Both the position numbers and the translations under genes were made by a program. A DNA stretch of 64,000 nt, taken from the NCBI GenBank assembly GCA_049512075.1, contig JBEKXL010000005.1, positions 1-64,000 on the forward strand. Direction: 5' to 3'. The notes beneath the pieces are model-generated. The model did no database searches and was not told where the DNA came from. It saw nothing but the letters and a program-made list of their open reading frames with translations. This DNA is from Candidatus Bathyarchaeia archaeon (lineage in GTDB: Archaea > Thermoproteota > Bathyarchaeia > Bathyarchaeales > Bathycorpusculaceae). This document shows positions 38,266 through 47,120 of the stretch, one piece after another; position 1 is the first letter of the stretch, and every line of letters begins with the position of its first letter.

Positions 38266-38820
38266 GTGGATGGGCAATTGCGATGTGAAGTCTGTGGACG
38301 CAGAATCAACGGAAAACCCTTCAAAGTCATCATTGAAGGGGCAAAGCTGACGGTGTGCAGTGAATGCTCCAAACTCGGAGAAATATACTACGAGGAACCT
38401 AAGCAGAGAGTCGCAAGTCCACGGCTTGGGACGACGCCAAGGCCTTTGATAATTCAGACCAAGAAACCGCAGGCTCCGAAGGTGGACACAAGCTTGGAAC
38501 TCGTGGAGAATTTCGACCTAAAAATAAGGCAGGCCAGAGAGAAACTCGGGCTATCTCACGAGGAATTGGGCAAGAAAATAAGTGAGAAAGTGTCGCTTCT
38601 CCGGAAAATTGAAACTGGAAAGATGACGCCTGACAACAGACTTGCAACGATGCTCGAGCACGCTTTGAAAATCAAGCTGATAGTTCCAGCCAAAGAAGAA
38701 AAAGTTCCGCAGGCCAAGCTGGCCAGAGCTTCAGGTCGCGACCTGACCCTTGGAGACCTGATTCAGATGGACAAGAAGGGCAGTGAGAAGGAGGATACTG
38801 CTGGACGAAGGCAATCATAG
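38266..38820 (+). CDS. mbf1: Multiprotein bridging factor aMBF1
   Basis: CEVCG...VCSEC Zn ribbon; HTH IRQAREKLGLSHEELG...KIETGK; TLGD. Confidence 0.92.
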   Translation: MDGQLRCEVCGRRINGKPFKVIIEGAKLTVCSECSKLGEIYYEEPKQRVASPRLGTTPRPLIIQTKKPQAPKVDTSLELVENFDLKIRQAREKLGLSHEELGKKISEKVSLLRKIETGKMTPDNRLATMLEHALKIKLIVPAKEEKVPQAKLARASGRDLTLGDLIQMDKKGSEKEDTAGRRQS

Positions 38821-40067
38821 TTCAACGTCGTCAACAATACGAACCGAACGGCCTCGACGAACTTGAGAGTCTGGCTGAATCGGCAGGCTACACGATTGTG
38901 GGCAGGCTGGAACAGATCAGACAGGCAGACGCGCGCTACCAGATAGGCTCTGGAAAGGTGGAAGAACTCGCCGAACTTGTGAAGCAAAAAGACGCTGAGA
39001 AAGTGATTTTCGACAATCTGCTAAGGCCGCTTCAGTCCTACAACTTGGCAAAAGCCACAGGCGTCGAAATCATTGACCGTTTTCAGCTGATACTAGAAAT
39101 CTTTACCAAGAGAGCCACTACTGCTGAGGCGCAGATGCAGATCAAACTCGCAAGTCTTCGGTACGATTTGACCCAGGCCAAGGAGAGAGTGCGCCTAGCC
39201 ACGAAGGGAGAACAGCCAGGTTTCATGGGGCTCGGAGCCTATGAAGTCGACGTCTACTATGAGAGTGTCAAGAGAGAAGTTCACGCTATACGCAGAAAGC
39301 TTAAAAAAATCCGGGCAAAGAGGGTCTTGCACCGCCAAAGAAGGGAAGAACTGGGGTTTACGTCAATTTCACTGGCAGGATACACGAAGGCCGGAAAAAG
39401 TTCACTGTTCAACGCCCTTGCGGAAGAGACGGTTCCCGTGGACGCTGCTCTGTTCACGACGCTTTCCACGACGACGCGGCTTGTAACATTCTCCAAGAAA
39501 GAGTTTCTCTTAACCGACACAGTCGGCTTCATAGATCGCCTGCCGTTAACTCTGATAGAGGCGTTCCACTCAACGCTTGAAGAAACAATCTACTCTGACT
39601 TGATACTCTTGTTGGTGGACGCGGGTGAATCGATGACCGCTATTGAAAAGAAACTTGGGACATGCTTGGAAACGATAGACCGCATAGGAGCCTCAGGCGT
39701 ACCCATGATTACGGTGTTGAACAAGATTGACCTGATGCCGGAAACCGAAGTTCAGCAGAAGATAAAAAAACTGGAGGAAAGGGCAACGACCCTTGTTCCG
39801 ATATCCGCGTTGTACAAAACCAATCTTGAACAGCTGAAACAGGAGATATTGAAGATACTGAAGAACTACGTCAGGGCAACCTTCACCATACCAGTGACTG
39901 ACAAGACGATGCGGTTTATGGCGTGGCTTTTCGAAAACGCTGACGTTCAGAAAGCGGATTACAACGAAAGCTCTGTACGTGTGGTTTTCGAAGCAGCTCC
40001 CACGTTTGCGGAGAAGGTCAGAAGCCGAGTGAAAACAGAATTCAACAGGAAGGTCGAGAAAATCTGA
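38805..40067 (+). CDS. hflX: GTPase HflX
   Basis: ELESLAESAGY, IGSGK, LILEIF, GYTKAGKSSLFN, FTTL, DTVGFI, NKID. Conserved N-terminus extends upstream of the GTG at 38898 to a non-canonical ACG at 38805. Confidence 0.92.
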   Translation, partial: TKAIIVQRRQQYEPNGLDELESLAESAGYTIVGRLEQIRQADARYQIGSGKVEELAELVKQKDAEKVIFDNLLRPLQSYNLAKATGVEIIDRFQLILEIFTKRATTAEAQMQIKLASLRYDLTQAKERVRLATKGEQPGFMGLGAYEVDVYYESVKREVHAIRRKLKKIRAKRVLHRQRREELGFTSISLAGYTKAGKSSLFNALAEETVPVDAALFTTLSTTTRLVTFSKKEFLLTDTVGFIDRLPLTLIEAFHSTLEETIYSDLILLLVDAGESMTAIEKKLGTCLETIDRIGASGVPMITVLNKIDLMPETEVQQKIKKLEERATTLVPISALYKTNLEQLKQEILKILKNYVRATFTIPVTDKTMRFMAWLFENADVQKADYNESSVRVVFEAAPTFAEKVRSRVKTEFNRKVEKI

Positions 40068-40093
40068 AAAGAGAAGCTGCGCCTGAAATCGTT

Positions 40094-40684
40094 GTGTTAA
40101 GGTGGGGTCACCGGCCGACCAGAGACGCAAGGCTCACGACGCACGTTGCCCTCGTAGCCCGCGCCCTAGGAGCTTCTGGGATTATCTTGTCAGACACGGA
40201 AGACCGAAAAATCAAAGACACGATAAACGAGGTCACCCGAAGCTGGGGCGGTACCTTCTTTTTCGAAATGGGAATCCCTTGGAGAAAAGCTGTAAGTGAC
40301 TGGAAAACCCGAAACGGCGTAGTTGTCCATTTGACAGCATACGGAGAAAACGTTGAAACTACGGATGTGCTAAACCGCATTAGAGATTCTGGAAAGAACA
40401 TTTTGGTCATCGTTGGAAGCCAAAAAGTCCCTGGCGAATTCTTTTCGGAAGCCGTTTCAGACTTTAACGTGGCAGTTGGGAACCAGCCGCACTCGGAATG
40501 TGCAAGCGTGGCGGTTTTCCTTGACCGCCTCTTCAAAGGAGAGGAATTGGCTAAGAGCTTTCAGAATGCAAATGTGAAAATCATCCCCCAACGGAGAGGA
40601 AAAAAAGTCGTGACGGAGAAAAACCGTGAAACCGGCTCTCCCGTAAAGAGCTTTAAATCAAACCTTGCAAAATATATAATATAG
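40094..40684 (+). CDS. trm56: tRNA (cytidine(56)-2'-O)-methyltransferase
   Basis: LRWGHRP..D.RLTTHVAL.ARA.GA, VHLTAYG, VGSQKVP, NQPHSE; true start may be slightly upstream. Confidence 0.93.
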   Translation: MLRWGHRPTRDARLTTHVALVARALGASGIILSDTEDRKIKDTINEVTRSWGGTFFFEMGIPWRKAVSDWKTRNGVVVHLTAYGENVETTDVLNRIRDSGKNILVIVGSQKVPGEFFSEAVSDFNVAVGNQPHSECASVAVFLDRLFKGEELAKSFQNANVKIIPQRRGKKVVTEKNRETGSPVKSFKSNLAKYII

Positions 40685-40719
40685 AGAACAGTGCTGAGTA
40701 CTGGAAGCAAAGGGTTGTT

Positions 40720-41232
40720 ATGTTATCTAACATAGATGATGCAACGCTGCTTAAAGTTGCTGAGGCGTTGGGAGAAGAAGACGCGGTCAAACTAATTGAC
40801 ATTCTGAAGAACTCGAATGAAATAACGGACGACGAGATTGCAACCAAGACAGGCATAAGATTGAACTCTGTTCGAAAAATCCTCTACAAACTGTACGACC
40901 ACTCTCTTGTAAGCCTTAGACGCACGCGCGATCCGAAGACCGGGTGGTTCATATTTCACTGGAGGCTGCAGCCCGATCAGCTTGAGGGTTTCATACTCAG
41001 CCAGAAACGTCGAGTGCTTGAGAAACTTGACATTCGACTGGAGTACGAAAAAAACCATGATTTCTACTATTGTTACACGCCGGGTTGCAGGCGAATCCCC
41101 TTCGAAGAGGCGGTGGAACTCGTTTTCCGATGTCCAACATGTGGAAAACCGTTGATGCATTACAACAACGAGAAAATTCTTGAATCACTGACCAAGAAGG
41201 TCGAAATCCTAAGGAAGGAGCTTGGTGAGTGA
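40720..41232 (+). CDS. tfe: Transcription factor E alpha
   Basis: TDDEIA...LNSVRKILYKL, TGWFIFHW, FYYC...FEEA....FRCPTCG. Confidence 0.95.
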   Translation: MLSNIDDATLLKVAEALGEEDAVKLIDILKNSNEITDDEIATKTGIRLNSVRKILYKLYDHSLVSLRRTRDPKTGWFIFHWRLQPDQLEGFILSQKRRVLEKLDIRLEYEKNHDFYYCYTPGCRRIPFEEAVELVFRCPTCGKPLMHYNNEKILESLTKKVEILRKELGE

Positions 41233-41764
41233 AAAACTCCCAACGAGAGAACAAGCGTTGGGGTTTCTCAAAGTGAGTGGTTGCCGCGAGAACGTCATAA
41301 GGCACGTTGAAGCGGTTTCTGCGCTTGCGGTTGAAATAGCAGAAGCCTGTAGGAAAAAAGGATACGACGTTGACGTACACCTTGTTGAAATTGGAGGGCT
41401 CCTGCACGACATTGGACGCGCTAAAACTCACAGCGTACACCACGCAGTCTTGGGAGCAGACATTGCAAGATCCCTTGGTCTGCCCGAACCTGTCGTATCG
41501 ATAATCAAGAGGCATGTTGGTGGAGGAATAACAGCAAGAGAAGCTCGAAAACTCGGATGGCCAAGAGACATTTACGTTCCGTTAATACTTGAAGAAAAAA
41601 TAGTTTCTTACGCGGACAAGCTAATCGAAGGTTCGAGGCGAGTGCCGATAGAGGTGACCATAGAAGAGCTTTCCAGAGAACTGCCGGTGTCCGCTATCCA
41701 AAGACTATGGAAACTGCATGAAGAAATGTTAATCTTGGTCGGCGACTGCGAATGCCTACCGTAA
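41222..41764 (+). CDS. HD-domain metal-dependent phosphohydrolase (TIGR00295-like)
   Basis: LLHDIGR, HAVLG, RHVGGGI, EEKIVSYADKL. Confidence 0.88.
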   Translation: MVSEKLPTREQALGFLKVSGCRENVIRHVEAVSALAVEIAEACRKKGYDVDVHLVEIGGLLHDIGRAKTHSVHHAVLGADIARSLGLPEPVVSIIKRHVGGGITAREARKLGWPRDIYVPLILEEKIVSYADKLIEGSRRVPIEVTIEELSRELPVSAIQRLWKLHEEMLILVGDCECLP

Positions 41765-42537
41765 CGTTGTTCGCAAAAGCATACAACAATCGTCGACTGG
41801 ACAACTTTGACAAGAATCTAAAGTCTACGCTGGAAGGCCTTAAGGTTGAAGTCAAAACCTGCGGAGCAACCGCTCGCGGGTGGATTCAAATATCGGTTTC
41901 TGGAGAGGACGAAAATGTGGCTCTGCGCTACCTGGACGACAGAATAGGACTATGCCCGGCCAGCTTGGACAACATCAACAGATTCTCAACAATCAAAGGC
42001 CGCATAACAAATTTAGACAAAAGCAGAAATGAACTGCGCGTCGACATGGGAGTTTTTTCTCCAAGCATCTATGATGCAGTAATCCCGTTGGCACGCTTAC
42101 AAGCTCAGCTCGTCGATGGAAGAAAGATCTCCTTGAAGGAAATTGTTGAACTGTTCGGCTTCTGTGAGAACCTGCCCTTCACAGTGAAAATCGACAGCGT
42201 CGACAGAGACAAGAGTCTCATTGAGGCCGAAGTCGCGGAGAAGCAGCGAAGGCAGTACATAGCGTGGACAGAGTCGCTGCTTGACAGACTGTTTATCTTG
42301 GGAACATCTCTGAGCGGGATTGAGTTGGCGGTAGAAGAGGCGGGGTTCAACCGCGATGTGGTCAACATCGAACCGCTGGGGGGGTTTGAGTATGCAGTTG
42401 TGTGCAAACTCGGAACCGACGCGGTTGGGTTAATTCCGAGGATTGGCAAGAACCTGAGAAACGCAAGCCTGGCAGTGTTCAGTCCGAGGAGGATTTTCAC
42501 TTTCTTTGGAAACAAGTTGCCATTGCCTATCTCCTAG
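41752..42537 (+). CDS. DUF2110 family protein
   Basis: Conserved position after tfe and the HD gene; DRL...RDVVNIEPLG..E..VVCKLGTDAVGLIPRIG. Confidence 0.75.
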   Translation: MPTVTLFAKAYNNRRLDNFDKNLKSTLEGLKVEVKTCGATARGWIQISVSGEDENVALRYLDDRIGLCPASLDNINRFSTIKGRITNLDKSRNELRVDMGVFSPSIYDAVIPLARLQAQLVDGRKISLKEIVELFGFCENLPFTVKIDSVDRDKSLIEAEVAEKQRRQYIAWTESLLDRLFILGTSLSGIELAVEEAGFNRDVVNIEPLGGFEYAVVCKLGTDAVGLIPRIGKNLRNASLAVFSPRRIFTFFGNKLPLPIS

Positions 42538-43456
42538 AGACAAGATAGACGCCCGCGAAGATCAGGAAGGCTCCTGCGACAGTGAACAGCGTGATTTCCT
42601 TGCCCTCGCCAACGAAAATTGTTGCGAAAAGCACGGTTATCAGCGGCTCTCCGAACATGAACGAGCTGGTCACTGAAGCTTTAACTTGGTTCATCACACG
42701 GAACCATATGAAATACCCCAGAATAGAGCAGACGAAAGCTAAGTAAAGAATTGCTGACCACTCGTTGATGCTCATGGCAAAGGCTTCGTGAAGAGAGTTT
42801 TCTGCCAGAGAGAAGGGAACCAGACAAAGTCCTCCCAGTATGTTAACATAAGCCACGACGAGAAATGGATCATACTTTTCCATGATTCTCTTCCCCATCA
42901 AGCTATAGGCGGCCCACATGAGTGGCGTGAAAAGCAAGATTGAGCTTCCAAGCAGGAAGTTGCCGCTGCTTCCCTGCATGCTCAAAGCGCCGCCTGTGAT
43001 CACAGCAAAGGTTCCTACCGCGGCAATTCCTATGCCAAGGACATTTTTCCCCATCAACTGTTCTTTGAACATTCGAGCTGAAAAAACGCTGATGAGAATC
43101 GGTGAGAGAAGACAAACCAAAATCGCTGCGATTGAAGCGCTGGCCATCTGTATTCCCGTGTATTGTGCGGCGAAGAAGAATGTAACACCCGTTAAGGCGA
43201 GGAACAAGAATTTCAGAAAATCTCTTCCTTCAATAAGAACCGTGTAATCACGGTTTCTGCTCTTGTTTAGAACAAGAGCTACGATGAAGATCCCCCCAGC
43301 AATGAGAAACCTGAAGGTAGCTATGGCGATAGGGGTCAACCCTTCCCCAAGTGTGGCTTTCACAACTACGAACGAGCTGCCCCAAAATGTGATCAGACAC
43401 AGCATCAGAACAGTGTTAAGAGGACTGATCGTTCTGGTTGCCATGCAATCTAGCAT
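42527..43456 (-). CDS. EamA/DMT family transporter
   Basis: FWGSSFVVVK, TFRFLIA, about 10 TM helices, EPL. Confidence 0.9.
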   Translation of the reverse strand: MLDCMATRTISPLNTVLMLCLITFWGSSFVVVKATLGEGLTPIAIATFRFLIAGGIFIVALVLNKSRNRDYTVLIEGRDFLKFLFLALTGVTFFFAAQYTGIQMASASIAAILVCLLSPILISVFSARMFKEQLMGKNVLGIGIAAVGTFAVITGGALSMQGSSGNFLLGSSILLFTPLMWAAYSLMGKRIMEKYDPFLVVAYVNILGGLCLVPFSLAENSLHEAFAMSINEWSAILYLAFVCSILGYFIWFRVMNQVKASVTSSFMFGEPLITVLFATIFVGEGKEITLFTVAGAFLIFAGVYLVSRR

Positions 43457-43561
43457 TCTTGCTCCGCTTAGTAAAGGATTCTATTGAGAAAATCGAAAAA
43501 GGCGCGCTTTGCTTGCAGTGGCTGCAAAGCCTATTCTTTGGAAACTCTCAAGGCTTTGTGC

Positions 43562-44458
43562 TCAGGCGGGTGGATTCATTTCCTTCAGCAGGTTTTCAAG
43601 GGTCTTCCTTCCTTCCCTGTCCAATGGCAATGCTGGTTTTCGAGGGTAGCCTCCTGCTAGTCCCTGCAGCCTCATAGCCTCTTTTATTGCTGCGATTTGA
43701 TTGAAACGTTTCACAAGTACCTCGTTTGCGAAGGATATGCAGTTTTGCAGTCTGCTTGCTTCTTCGTATCGCCTGTTCTTGAAAGCCTCGTATAAGTGGC
43801 TGCACAGGGCGGGGAACACGTTTCCGACCGCTAGCACTGCGCCTCTCCCCCCTGTTAGCAGCGTGGACAGCGCTACGTCAGCCGTTCCAGCCAGAACTGA
43901 AATTTTGTCACCTGTTAACCTCACGGTTTCCGTTATCGTGCCGATGTTTCCGCTGCTGTCTTTGATGCCGATTATCCTTTCGTTTTCCGCCGCGAGTTCT
44001 TGAATCTGGGGTGGTTCTAAAGAGACGCCGGTGAACTTGGGAACGTTGTAGACGACGATGGGAATGTCGACAGCTTCTGAGACTGTTCGATAGTGTTCGT
44101 GGATTTCCTTGTTTGACAGTTTAAAGTAGAACGGTGTTACTACAAGTGCGGCGTCGACGCCGAGATCACCCGCGTCCTTGGTGAAGGTGACCGTCTCTTG
44201 GGTGCTCATGCTGCCCGTGCCAGCAATCACGGGAACCTTTCCATTAACCTCATCCAAGATGGTCTCAATCACCTTTATCCTCTCTTGCCTAGAAAGGTAA
44301 GGGGCTTCACCGTTGCTGCCACACGGCGCCAACCCCGAGACTCCGCCTTCCAACCAAAATCCCACGCACGCCCTGAGCGCCTTAACGTCAAGTCGACCCA
44401 TACGTGTGAACGGTGTGACGCTGGGGACAAACATTCCATCAAGGACGAGCCTAGGCAT
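43562..44458 (-). CDS. DapA/NAL family aldolase (DHDPS-like)
   Basis: VTPF, GSNGE, YNVPKFTG, GIKDSSG (Schiff-base Lys). Confidence 0.85.
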   Translation of the reverse strand: MPRLVLDGMFVPSVTPFTRMGRLDVKALRACVGFWLEGGVSGLAPCGSNGEAPYLSRQERIKVIETILDEVNGKVPVIAGTGSMSTQETVTFTKDAGDLGVDAALVVTPFYFKLSNKEIHEHYRTVSEAVDIPIVVYNVPKFTGVSLEPPQIQELAAENERIIGIKDSSGNIGTITETVRLTGDKISVLAGTADVALSTLLTGGRGAVLAVGNVFPALCSHLYEAFKNRRYEEASRLQNCISFANEVLVKRFNQIAAIKEAMRLQGLAGGYPRKPALPLDREGRKTLENLLKEMNPPA

Positions 44459-44637
44459 ACTCTTTCTACTCAGAACCTAACATTTAAAAATTGTCATATA
44501 CGCCTACAACCATAGCGCACACCAAACCCAGCGTGCCATGTGATGCTAAATCTGTCTTGGTTACGTGAATAGAACAGTTTTGTAGGCGTATTTTATGACG
44601 TCAAGGTGTCGGAGAGGCTGGCACTAAATATTAATTC

Positions 44638-46008
44638 TTGAAGATTCCAATTCTATGGAGCAATGGAGTAAGTAAATCAGTGAAATCATTAATCGTCAAA
44701 GGAAAATATGTCTTAACGCTGGACAGAGAGTACAGAACAATCCAACAGGGAGCCGTTTTCGTAGAAGGCGACAAAATTCTGGACGTTGGACCTGCAAAAA
44801 AAATCGAAAGCTCTTACAGCGCTGATGAAATCATTGATGCTAAAGAATGCGTAGTGATGCCGGGACTGATTTGCAGCCACAATCACATGTACGGCGTTCT
44901 TTCGCACGGCATACCCGTTTCCCAGACAACGTCAACTTTCATAGCCTTTCTGAAGAAGTTCTGGTGGCCCCGCATTGAAAATGCTTTGAACAAAGAACAG
45001 ATAAGCGCCGCTGCTTCTATGTCCTCAATTCAAATGGTGAAAACGGGAACAACGTGTTGCGCCGACGTTTTGGAGGCTCCAAACTCGATTCCAGGAGCTC
45101 TGGAGGTTGAGGCTCAAGCGACTGAAATGGTAGGTTTGCGTTCCGTGCTGAGCTTCGAGGCCACTGAAAGAATAAGCGAAGAGAACGGGTGGAAGGGGGC
45201 TGAAGAAAACCTCAACTTCATAAAAATGTATAACAGAAAAAACGATTCATTGACAAAGGGTATGTTTTGCACGCACACCACGTTCACTTGTAGCCCGCAG
45301 TTTCTGAGGAAGGTGAGAGACCTCGCCAACGAATATCCGACAGGAATACACCTTCACTTGGAAGAAGGCGCCTATGAATCAAAGTATTGCCTCACGAAGT
45401 ATGGGAAACTTCCGGTTGAGCTTTACGAAAAAATAGGTTTCCTAGGCTCCGACGTTCTGGCATCTCAATGCGTGCACACGCTTCCAAAAGAAATCAAACT
45501 ATTACGGAAACACGATGTCAAGATTTCGCACATGCCTCTAAGCAACTGTGAAGTCGGCGGTGGCATAGCGCCTGTTCCAAGTTTTCTGCAAGCGGGTCTT
45601 ACAGTCGGACTTGGAACGGACGGATATATCCAAGACATGTTTGAAGTGATGCGAGTCGCATTCCTCATACATAAAGGAAACCTCCAAGACGCCAGCGTCA
45701 TGCCTGCCGAAGCTGTTATTAGAATGGCCACAGTTGACGCTGCAAAAGCGATCCGCATGGAAAACCTCGTGGGCTCAATAACCCCCAAAAAACAAGCCGA
45801 CATCATAACGGTAGACTTGGAATCTCCAACGCCAGTAACAGCGGAAAACCTGATTCCACAACTCGTCGTCTTTGGCGAGGGGAAAATGGTTCAGGATGTC
45901 CTGATAAACGGCAAGAAAATAATGAGAAACAGAAAAATACTCACCATGAATGAAGATATGGCAAGGACGAAGTGTAGAGAAGCTGCAGAGAGTCTGTGGA
46001 ATACCTGA
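44638..46008 (+). CDS. SsnA-like amidohydrolase (chlorohydrolase/deaminase family)
   Basis: PGLICSHNHMYG, FLKKFWW, HLHLEEG, QCVH, GLGTDG. Confidence 0.82.
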   Translation: MKIPILWSNGVSKSVKSLIVKGKYVLTLDREYRTIQQGAVFVEGDKILDVGPAKKIESSYSADEIIDAKECVVMPGLICSHNHMYGVLSHGIPVSQTTSTFIAFLKKFWWPRIENALNKEQISAAASMSSIQMVKTGTTCCADVLEAPNSIPGALEVEAQATEMVGLRSVLSFEATERISEENGWKGAEENLNFIKMYNRKNDSLTKGMFCTHTTFTCSPQFLRKVRDLANEYPTGIHLHLEEGAYESKYCLTKYGKLPVELYEKIGFLGSDVLASQCVHTLPKEIKLLRKHDVKISHMPLSNCEVGGGIAPVPSFLQAGLTVGLGTDGYIQDMFEVMRVAFLIHKGNLQDASVMPAEAVIRMATVDAAKAIRMENLVGSITPKKQADIITVDLESPTPVTAENLIPQLVVFGEGKMVQDVLINGKKIMRNRKILTMNEDMARTKCREAAESLWNT

Positions 46009-47120
46009 TTGAGCGAATGGTGATGGTAAGAACGGTTCGAACGTCACTTTCATTGTGCGGAGTAAGTTTGTCAAACCCTCTGATTCTCGCCGCGGGACCG
46101 TACGGACGCGACGGCAAGACCTTGGAACGCGCGGTGAGGGCAGGTTTTGGCGCAGTTACGACAAAAACGATTAGGCTTGTTGCGGCCAGAAACCCTTTCC
46201 CTAACATGGCCCGGATAGGCAGGGACGCGCTGATTAACGCTGAGAAATGGTCTGACCTTCCTCTTCAAACGTGGGTTACGCACGAGATACCTGCGGTGAA
46301 GCATCTTGGGGTGCCGGTGATCGCCAGCATCGGGTTCACAGAGAAAGAAGCTGGAAAAATCGCTCCGCTGGTTGAAGAGGCTGGCGCTGACTTCATCGAA
46401 ACTGTCACTTACGACGCGGATCAGGTTTTGCCGACGGTTAAAGCCGCCAAGTCCGGAGCGAAAGTTCCTGTGATAGCTAAGGTAAGCGCGAATTGGCCGG
46501 ATTTCCTGAGAATAGCGGTCAAAGCTGAGAAGTTTGGTGCCGACGCCGTTTCAGCGATAGACTCTGTGGGTCCCGTGTTGGCGATAGATGTTGAAACTGG
46601 AAAACCCTTTCTTGGCAATGCGAACGGCGAAGGATGGCTTTCCGGGTCCGCTATTCACCCAATGGCCGTGAGATGCGTTGCCGAAATAGCCAAGCGAGTG
46701 AAGATACCAGTAATAGGTATAGGCGGGATTTCAAACAGTCAAGACGCTGTTGAGATGATGATGGCAGGCGCCCATTGTGTTGAACTGTGCACCGCCCCCG
46801 TCCTCCATGGACTGCAAATCGTCAATCGCATAAAGAACGAGCTTGTCGAATTCATGGAACTGAAGGGCTACAAGTCCATTCAGGAGCTGCGCGGAATCAC
46901 GCTAAAACATCTGGAGAAACAGAAAGAAGAAAGCAAGAGAAGACTACATCCACAGATCGATCGTGAAGCCTGCACTTCATGCGGACTTTGCGCAAATCTC
47001 TGTCCATATCAGGCATTGGCTTTGAGCGAGGGAAAAGTAATCTCATACAAATTAGACTGTCTCAGCTGCGGTCTATGCTATTCCGTTTGTCCTCGGCACG
47101 CCATAAAACTCAGGAGCTGA
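45996..47120 (+). CDS. Dihydroorotate/dihydropyrimidine dehydrogenase-like FMN protein with 2x[4Fe-4S]
   Basis: NPLILAAGP, GAVTTKT, VPVIAK, GWLSG, IGIGGI; CTSCGLCANLCP and CLSCGLCYSVCP. Confidence 0.82.
   Translation: MEYLIERMVMVRTVRTSLSLCGVSLSNPLILAAGPYGRDGKTLERAVRAGFGAVTTKTIRLVAARNPFPNMARIGRDALINAEKWSDLPLQTWVTHEIPAVKHLGVPVIASIGFTEKEAGKIAPLVEEAGADFIETVTYDADQVLPTVKAAKSGAKVPVIAKVSANWPDFLRIAVKAEKFGADAVSAIDSVGPVLAIDVETGKPFLGNANGEGWLSGSAIHPMAVRCVAEIAKRVKIPVIGIGGISNSQDAVEMMMAGAHCVELCTAPVLHGLQIVNRIKNELVEFMELKGYKSIQELRGITLKHLEKQKEESKRRLHPQIDREACTSCGLCANLCPYQALALSEGKVISYKLDCLSCGLCYSVCPRHAIKLRS

Noticed and set aside
46979-47116. N-terminal extension of the AOR ORF
   Set aside because: Overlaps the ferredoxin domain of the upstream gene; AOR similarity begins near 47135.
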